A DNA stretch of 64,000 nt from the human T2T-CHM13v2.0 reference genome, Homo sapiens, in NCBI RefSeq assembly GCF_009914755.1, contig NC_060932.1, one strand, 5' to 3'. The translations under genes and the position numbers were made by a program. Below are positions 56,104-64,000 of this stretch, piece after piece. Each line of letters begins with the position of its first letter. The first letter of the stretch is position 1. The notes under the pieces were generated by a model. That model made no database searches and was not told where the DNA came from. It saw nothing but the letters and a program-made list of their open reading frames with translations.

Positions 56104-56704
56104 CACAGTAATGAACATGGACAAACTACAAGTTCATGCAACAAAACAGCTAAATACTCAAAGCATAATATTGCAAGAAAGAAGCCAAAGTCACAATAAG
56201 TCAAACTGTATATTCTACCTATAAAAAGATTGCTTTAAAAAAAGATACAACTAAATTGTTTAGGGATACAGAATTGAGAGGAAAACTATTAAGCATAAAA
56301 GGAAGTGTTTAACATTATCTCTGATAATCTCAGTGATAATTGGTGATTATCTCTAGGGGAGGGAATAAGGTGTTATTATTAGGAAAAAACATTTAGGAGC
56401 CCTCTGGTTGTTGAAAATGTTCTATTTCTTGACCTAGACAATTACATACCTTTTTACTTTATAATTTATAAACAACATATTTTCTATACACTTCTTTGTA
56501 CATGATGTTTCACTATATATTATATACACAACATATTGCATAATATATAACTTATATGATACATTATATTTAAATAGAAAAAAGCAAATGGGAATATTTG
56601 TAACAAGTAGAGTCAAATCCAGTAAAATCTGTCTGAAAAGAGATAATCTGGAAAGGACCACAGCCCTGGGAAATAGAATTTAAAAATGCACTAAACCGAG
56701 TTAT

Positions 56705-56808
56705 ATTTGAGAGATGTGTATCTTTTATTCATGCTGTGCTCTAGTGCCTAGGAGCCTCTTTGACACACAGTACGCGCTCAATGAATGTTTGTTGAGTGAA
56801 TAACTGAA
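56705..56808 (+). mobile_element. L2 3' end
   Basis: CTAGTGCCTAG...ACACAGTACGCGCTCAATGAATGTTTGTTGAGTGAA. Confidence 0.7.
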
Positions 56809-57018
56809 AGCATGGAAGTAGATGTCAGGCAGCCAGCAGGAAGTGAAGCAGAGTTTCCTCTGGAAAACAGAGATGGAAGGTATTCAAGGAAAAGGAGAAA
56901 ACCCAGATGCCACAGGCACTTTGAGAAGAAAGAGTTGAGGAAGCAAACTGATTGGCCCCTTAGGGAAGGACATCAATCATGACACTAACATGTAACTGAG
57001 GTCATTTGTTCTCTAGCC

Positions 57019-57545
57019 CGACAGTCCCCAACCTTCTCGGCACCATGGACCAGTTTTGCGGAAGACAATTTTTCCACGGATGAGGACGGGGGTGTGTTTT
57101 ATGGATGATTCAAGTGCATTACATTTATCGTGCATTTTATTTCTATTATTATTACGTGATAATATATAATGAAATAATTAAACAACTCACCATAATGTAG
57201 AATCAATAGGAGACTTGAGCTTGTTTTCCTGCAACTAGATGGTCCTATCTGGGGGTGATGGGAGACAGTGACAGATCATCAGGCATTAGATTATCATAAG
57301 GAGCACGCAACCTAGATCCCTCACATGCACAGCTCACAATAGGGTTTGCACTCCCATGAGAATCTAGTGCCAACACTGATCTGACAGGAGGCGGAGCTCA
57401 GGTGGTAATGCGAACGATGGGGAGTGGCTGTAAATACACATGAAGCTTTGCTGGCTCCCCTGCCACTCATCTCCTCCTGTGCAGCCCAGTTCCTAACAGG
57501 CCACAAACAGGTACTGGTCCATGGCTCAGGCACTGGGGACCCCTG
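57019..57545 (+). mobile_element. MER1A (hAT-Charlie), full length
   Basis: 527 bp; GTCCCCAACC...GGGGACCCCTG TIRs; degenerate 8-bp TSD CTCTAGCC / CTTTAACC. Confidence 0.92.
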
Positions 57546-59062
57546 CTTTAACCACAGGCTCAGAGAAGCAGAAAAACATTTCATATCCCCCCATCAATGC
57601 AGTGAGAATTCTGAGAACCTCCATACCTCCTGAGAGGGGCAGTGCATCTTGCCAGCAGGATTTTGCAGTCATGGAGCACAACTAAAAGAGAGGGAACAAG
57701 GACAACTAGGAAGAATATATAAAATGAGCCCCTGAAATGGCACCAAATGAATTTGGGGAAACTCCATTATTTAAAGAATAAATGGAGAAAGTTGAGCATG
57801 AAAAGCCCCTATCTCTCATATTGTATCAGTGTGTCTTTAACCGTTCACTTCCCCTGGTCTGATGCTTTCACCAACAGTCTTTATGCCCAGACAACAATCC
57901 TGCCCAGGATGGACTCACTCACTGTCGTTAGCCCTAGCCCAGCCTCTTTCCTTTCACATCACAGACCTCTGAGAATGCCCTGAAAAATTGTAGATTCCCC
58001 TTTCCTTCAATTCCTCATACTCTTTTGGGAAAACATTTAATAAGATCCCACAAAGACTCTTGCTCTATGAAATCCCAGGAACACTCCTCTCTGGCACAAT
58101 GACTTTGACATGGGAGCCACTTTTATTTCCTTGGACTTGGCCAGCTCTTCAGAATATGTAGACTGCCTCATCATTCTCTGATTGCCTTCTCATGGTCCAG
58201 TCATTTTGCTCAAGCAACACAGACCCTGTGAATTTTCTCTTCATATATGACTTTGATTCTCACTCATCTAGCTATGCCCAAGGAATCCCAGCTCTGTCCT
58301 TTAAGTGGAAAACAAGCAGCTCTGTGTTTTGAGCTCAAGTTTACTTCTCTGCAGAATCCTACCCACAAATCATTTTAAACCTAATTCACCTCAAAACGAA
58401 CAAAGCAACAAAAGAGCCGATCGGTTTCTTTCCCGATACTCTTCCACAGCAGGTTTTGTTTTCTGTCGAGTTGAGCTAATCTCACACATCTTCAGCATAG
58501 CTGTCCTGTGGTCTACCAGGATTGGTAAAGACTTTCCGGATACATGCATTTTTGACTAATGTGGCTGTGTGACCTCAGTCTCAGTCAAGGGAGAGCGACA
58601 GGACTGCTTTACAGTGTCTCATGAGAACATAAGAGGGTGACTTCCTAGGATTCTCTTCCTGCTTTGAAAGGTTCTGCTGGTATTTAGATTTATAGTTCAC
58701 CTTCTTTGGGGATTTTTGTTAGTCCAACATCCTTCCCCAGACAGGCTGCAGTGTTCCTATCTGACCGAATAAGTGGAACTCTGGGGCTCATTAGGGGTGT
58801 TTAAAACAAAAGAGAAAAGAAATATTAATCCCAAATATTCCCACTCGACAACCCATGGCAGGCAGGCACATGGTACTTCAAGACTCGCTTGACAGTCAGT
58901 GCAGGGCTCACGCTGCGCTTTTCTCCAGGTGGGAAGTCACGTGTTTATATCCCGTGTGTGTCCTAAATTGTGAACTCGTCATGCGTAGTCCAGGCACAGG
59001 CATTGCTGTGAGTCTCTTTATTACATGGCCAATCATGGGGCCACATAAAAGTAAGTGCTTCT

Positions 59063-59099
59063 AAAAACAAAGCCAGACTCCATCTCAAAAAAAAAAAAA
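59063..59099 (+). mobile_element. Severely 5'-truncated Alu (3' tip plus poly(A))
   Basis: AGCCAGACTCCATCTC followed by an A17 run; degenerate TSD at 59047-59062 and 59100-59115. Confidence 0.7.
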
Positions 59100-59117
59100 A
59101 AAAGGAAGTGTTTCTCA

Positions 59118-59282
59118 GGCTGGGCATGGTGGTATGCACCTAGTCCCAGCTACTCAGGAGGCTGAGGTGGGAGGATAGCTTGAGCCCAGGAATTCAAGGC
59201 TGCGCTGACCTGTGATGGCACCACTGCACTCCAGCCTGTGCGACACAGCGAGACCCAGTCCCTAAATGAAAAACAAATTTTA
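59118..59282 (+). mobile_element. FRAM / free right Alu monomer
   Basis: GGCTGGGCATGGTGG...GGGAGGATAGCTTGAGCCCAGG...CCACTGCACTCCAGCCTG; single monomer. Confidence 0.85.
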
Positions 59283-62200
59283 AAAAGTAAATGCTTTGGA
59301 GGGGGTATTGAAGGGAGGTGAAGGAGGTCTGGAGGGAGAGCCGTGTGTCCCACGTCCCAGAAAGTGGGCATCGGACCAACACTGAGCCCTCTGCTGCTGT
59401 TGCCCACACCTGCCTGCTTCTTACCCAGACCTTCCCACCCTTGTGTCCCAACTTTAAAACTCCGCAAGCCCCTTGAGGGGCTTCACTTTTAAGACTACCT
59501 CCCATGATGTAAGATCCTAGAATTCCCAGCATTCGTGGGCCCAGAAGAGTCCAGGCCACAAAGAAAAAGAGAGAGAAAATAAATAAATGAATAAATAGAA
59601 CACTAACAAACTGCACTTACAATGATTTCTGGTTCCAATCCAGAAGTCCACCACCAGATATAAATCAGACACCCAACAGCATGCTACTGTCTGAGTTTTT
59701 TAAGGGCCTTAAGTGATCACTTTGGAAAAGCCATCTAAATATGCTCACATTTTAACCTGCATGAGCCTATTTTGAAAGCTACCCACGTAATGCAACGCAG
59801 TCACACGCTGCCTCTTGCATCACGACTATGTCACTCGCATATTTCCATGCCCAGGGGAACTGTCCCAAGAGTAGCAAAGGCCTTTGAAGTTCTAAAGAAA
59901 ACCAAAATTGCCTGAACTGTTTATGTTTGGATTGGCCCCAGCAAAGAAAAGCTTTCACTTTTCTGTTAAAATGACCTCCAGTAATGTTGCATCCAAAAAT
60001 ACTTCCCAAGGGTTCTGGGAGTCCTGCTAGGGCACCGATGATAACATCCTAGTGGAATAAACTCCAACAGGGAAGAATGTTACGCTGATTCCCAGAGGCT
60101 GATACCAGGCATTTCATGCCACTTAAAATCTCTTGGCGAATTCATCTAATTGCAAGGCATTCTCCTTCCCTGCCCGATTCCGTAGCATCTCAGCCTGCAA
60201 ACACAGACTTACTGAAATAACTACAATGTTTTAACGTGCTTTATGGAGCTACAGAATTTCCCAGTGGGTCAGTAACTGGTGTATATTGCTTTATATTTTA
60301 ACAATCTTTCCACAGATTCAGAATCAGGAACCAAATGTATTCATCCTGAGGTGATTTGCTTATTGCCCGTGAATGCCTCTTAAACAAGAGCAACAATGCA
60401 CTTTTCACTGAAACAGGTTTGATTTCAGCGTTCTGGCCAGCGCTTGGAAAAACCCTCCTGCTTCATTCCCAATGCATAAATCTCAGTCCTGCACTCTCCA
60501 TTTCCATGAAATGAGAAGGGAAGAGGGGAGGAGCTGAGCTTCATTAACAGGTGGCTGGGTTTGGCAGGGGCATTCGGTTGCATTCTTTCATCCTCCCTTT
60601 TCCTCACTCAGTTCAAGCTGGTAATCAGGGGGGAAAATTGTTCTAAAATGCAAATGCAGTGCCTGATAGAAGGGGCTGCTGTGAGGAAGATCTCCATGAG
60701 AAACACTGCCTCTGCTAAAACAGCAGACCCCCGGTATTGCATCACTCTTCCTTTGAAAGATTCAAGACACACATAACCAGTATGTCTTCGTTAGAATAGA
60801 AGCTCTTTCAATGAAATGGTTTGGCTTTAAATCAAGAGTGGCTTTAAAACAGGACTAGATGGCCCCAAATGGAGCTGCTTCACACAACAAGGTGTGTAAT
60901 AAATAAGGCATGAATGACTGATCCCAGCAGTGCTCCTACCAGCCAGGCGCTGGGTGTTTTGGAGGAGCATTTCTTTGTTAGCATACCCATAAAGCTCATA
61001 AAGTTGCCCGGCAGTTTCGCCCCTCTCTTTTTAAAATCCTGTGGGTTTTCTCTGGAGGCAGGCTGAAGTTCAGGAAACATGCATTTGGACCGAGAGTCTC
61101 TTCCACAGTCTGATGGCACGCGCCTCAGTGGCATGTCATCTTCATTTCTTTCTTCTCTTCTCTCCCCCTCCTTTGGTTAAGTCTGTCCACTATTTAACAC
61201 TAAGTTTATGAAAGAGGTACTGGATCACCACGCCTTTCCTCCCTCTAGGAAACCCCTGCTCAGGCATCAGGATCCAGCCTAAACGCAGCGTTTCCCGGCT
61301 TTCCCCTCCACTGTTGACTGCCCCTAAACCAAGGAATTGAAGTCAGGAGCCACGGTGCAAGTCAGACATGTGTGTTAGTTATCGGGATGTTCGTGGGGGG
61401 GTTCCGCTGTATATGCATAACGTCTAAAATTTGAATTTGAATTAATATGTCTCACAAGTCTCATGCAAGTGGCCATTCCTCTGACAAAGAAGGTAGTCTA
61501 AGTAGAAAGTGTGGTGGAAAACAAGGAGGATACAAACCAGATGGTGGCAGATGGAAGAGAGAAGAGGGAACAGGCCTCAGACTCCTGAGGGCAGAACCAC
61601 CAAGACGGGAAGTGAGTGGATGTCGTGCATTGAGCGTGGGAGAGCCCAGGTCTCGGACTTGGACAAATGGGTAGGTGCCACAGTGATTCTCTGAGAAAAG
61701 GAACAAGGTGGAGTGGATTTGTAGAGGGAATAATGAGTTTTCTTGTATTCAAATTTTTTGGCTTTCATAGAATTCTACTTTCAAATTCTGAGAAGAATGA
61801 GGCTGTAAATCATTTCTAAAATTAAAAAATCACAATATAGAGATGGTGCGATTGTGTTTCAAAGCAACCGTTGTCTCTGCCAGGCTGGGGGAGACATTCT
61901 TTCAGAGAAGGCGCCTTCTCTGACTCCAGGGCAACTTCGTTCTCTCTCAAGTCAGAATCAGGAAAGGGCAGGATTGAGAGCTGGCAGAATGCTGTTTTTG
62001 GAACTCTGTGTTACAGACACATTTCTTTCTCCACCAGCTTCCTTTGCTCTGGCTATCACAAGTGCCAGGTGTAGCCTGCTTTCTGAAACTGCAGAGATTT
62101 AAAAGAAAGACCCCGTGGCATCTTCCAAGACTGAACACTAGCTGCTCTGAATGCAGCTGTCCCTCAGTCACTCTCAGTCTTGCCCTTCAGGCACTTCAGA

Positions 62201-62323
62201 GAGCTCCTTCTGGAAGCATTCCATCCCTTTGTTGCTCTCGGCCAAACTTGCCAAACTCGCTTCTTGGCTTGTAAGTGTGTGCTTGTCTCTATGTAGGTGA
62301 GTCATGGCCAGCCTGGAGCTTGC

Positions 62324-62374
62324 CGCCCTCCCCCCGCGCCCCCCCACCACCACCACCCGCACCCCCCCACCCCC
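62324..62374 (-). other. G-quadruplex-forming (minus strand) / i-motif (plus strand) tract
   Basis: CCCTCCCCCCGCGCCCCCCCACCACCACCACCCGCACCCCCCCACCCCC: six runs of at least 3 C. Confidence 0.7.
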
Positions 62375-62591
62375 ACAACTGGTAGGGTGATTGCATTTAA
62401 CTCATTTCTCACCTAAGTGCAGCCACCCGTCAGGACTCCCATGAATCTACAAGCGGCTTTTCCATCACTTAGGGTACGCAGACAGATTCCTCTTAAAATG
62501 CTCCACACAGAACTCACAACGTGATGCCATGAAGTCTGTATTCTGTGATGTCATTACATGTGGAGGGAACAATGGGTGGGCTTGCTTTGTC

Positions 62592-62845
62592 AGAGTGGGC
62601 TTAAAAACTCGAGCTCTAAGGACTGACTCATCAAGACTTAAATCTCCAACTCTTCTGCCTGTCAGTGTGTCAACTTGGGTGGGAAACTTATTGTCTCAAC
62701 ATTTATTTTCTCATCTGCACAGGGAGATTAAAATACTACCAGCCTCAGCCTTATTTTTGTTGTGAACTAAAAGAAATGATGAGTGTAAAGCGGTTATGCG
62801 GTGGCCAGCACATAGCATGTGCCCTGTTAACAATCGTTGTTACCA
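62592..62845 (+). mobile_element. MIR
   Basis: TTTTCTCATCTGCACAGGGAGATTAAAATACTACC...GATGAGTGTAAAGCG...GCACATAG. Confidence 0.75.
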
Positions 62846-62884
62846 AAATGTATGTCCCACAAGCTATGTCAAAATGAGCTTCTA

Positions 62885-63164
62885 AGAAGTTGATTAATAG
62901 GTTCACATATATGGTTTGATAGAAGGAGTAAGAACCAGTATCCAATAGATCAGTAGGGTAATTAGAGTTCTCAATAATCTATTGTACGTTTCAAAATAGC
63001 TAGAAGAGAATAATTCAAGCGCTTCTAGCATTAAAAAAGGACGAATATTGAAAATGACAGATATCCCAAGTACACCAATTTGATTCTTACAAATTATATG
63101 AATATATTATCACATGGACCCCTGAAAGTGTGGCTATCTACTATGCAACAATTAAAAATAATAA
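62885..63164 (+). mobile_element. L1MA4A-like 3' end
   Basis: TTTGATAGAAGGAGTAAGA...ATTGTACGTTTCAAAATAGCTAGAAGAGAATAATTC. Confidence 0.75.
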
Positions 63165-64000
63165 GTGAGGGGGTCACAATGGAAATACATTTCTACGTAG
63201 AAAAATACATCCATTGATCACCAGAATGTTAAATGTACATTTCACTTCTTTTCAATGATTGAATCATATACTATTGGAAAAACTTGAACCTGAGTTTGGA
63301 ACACTAGCGAGGAGTGGCTTAAATCAGTTGAATATTCAGAGCTGGTAAAACAGTTCTGTGTATATATATGTGTGTGTACACACTCACACACACACACAGA
63401 ATCAACAGAAAGTCTGCAGTTCATTCATGCCGCCTCTTCTACCTCTCTGGATTCTGTGGTTCTGAGACCAGAACAGAGTACGCAGAACAGGAACGTAAAC
63501 CTGAATGTGTGCAATGGGCCTGACAAACAAGAAGGAGCAACCTGGAGCTCTGATCACTCAACCTCCCCGGACCTTGGATTCTTGGGCTATAAAATTATCT
63601 GTGTGGCCTCTCCCATCTTAACATGCCACCATTTCAAGAAGACAGGTTTTAATTGCAAGTAGCAGGTAGCAGTTCTCAAACTTTCTTTGCAAAGGTCATG
63701 CAAGGTGTTTATTTAAACACAAACTCCTGGAAACCACCCTGAGAAACGGATCATTGTGGACCTTGGTGCCCTCTGAAAACCAACTTGAAGAAAGGAATCG
63801 AAGCTGCATTGGCCCGTTGTCGTCAGCACATTGTTTTCTGCACCCAAAACACTCTCTTCCAGGTGCCCCTACTCACCTGTCACCTCTTGAGCCCCACATT
63901 GCTGCCTCCCATGCACTTCCGCTATTGTCCTGTTCTAGATATGGGCTTTTCTGCTTTTCTTTTGTATTTTTTTTTCCAGTTAGCTAAAATAATAAGCCAC

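Overview
Primate (human-like) non-coding genomic DNA, intergenic or deep intronic. I find no credible cellular protein-coding gene, RNA gene or CRISPR array; nearly all listed ORFs come from L1, Alu or simple repeats. The window is dominated by transposon relics: a near-full-length minus-strand L1PA3/4-type element (11131-17255) with broken ORF1/ORF2 but an open antisense ORF0, several truncated L1s, about 12 Alu/FAM/FRAM copies, MaLR/ERVL/ERV1 solo LTRs, Tigger and hAT DNA transposons, and MIR/L2 fragments. The most notable structures are: (1) an old ~0.65-kb inverted duplication (30261-31525 vs 33318-33953) covering unique DNA, MIR and an MLT1 junction, with a hairpin at its outer breakpoint; (2) a ~4.1-kb almost pure A/T multi-domain minisatellite with internal palindromes; (3) an L1 3' transduction; (4) an L1 promoter that lacks the YY1 site and has a 17-bp duplication inside the ZNF93-target segment; (5) several templated-insertion scars. 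Repeat subfamily names are from recall of consensus sequences and need RepeatMasker/Dfam confirmation. I could not identify the chromosomal locus, and I see no evidence of a wholly new biological system.
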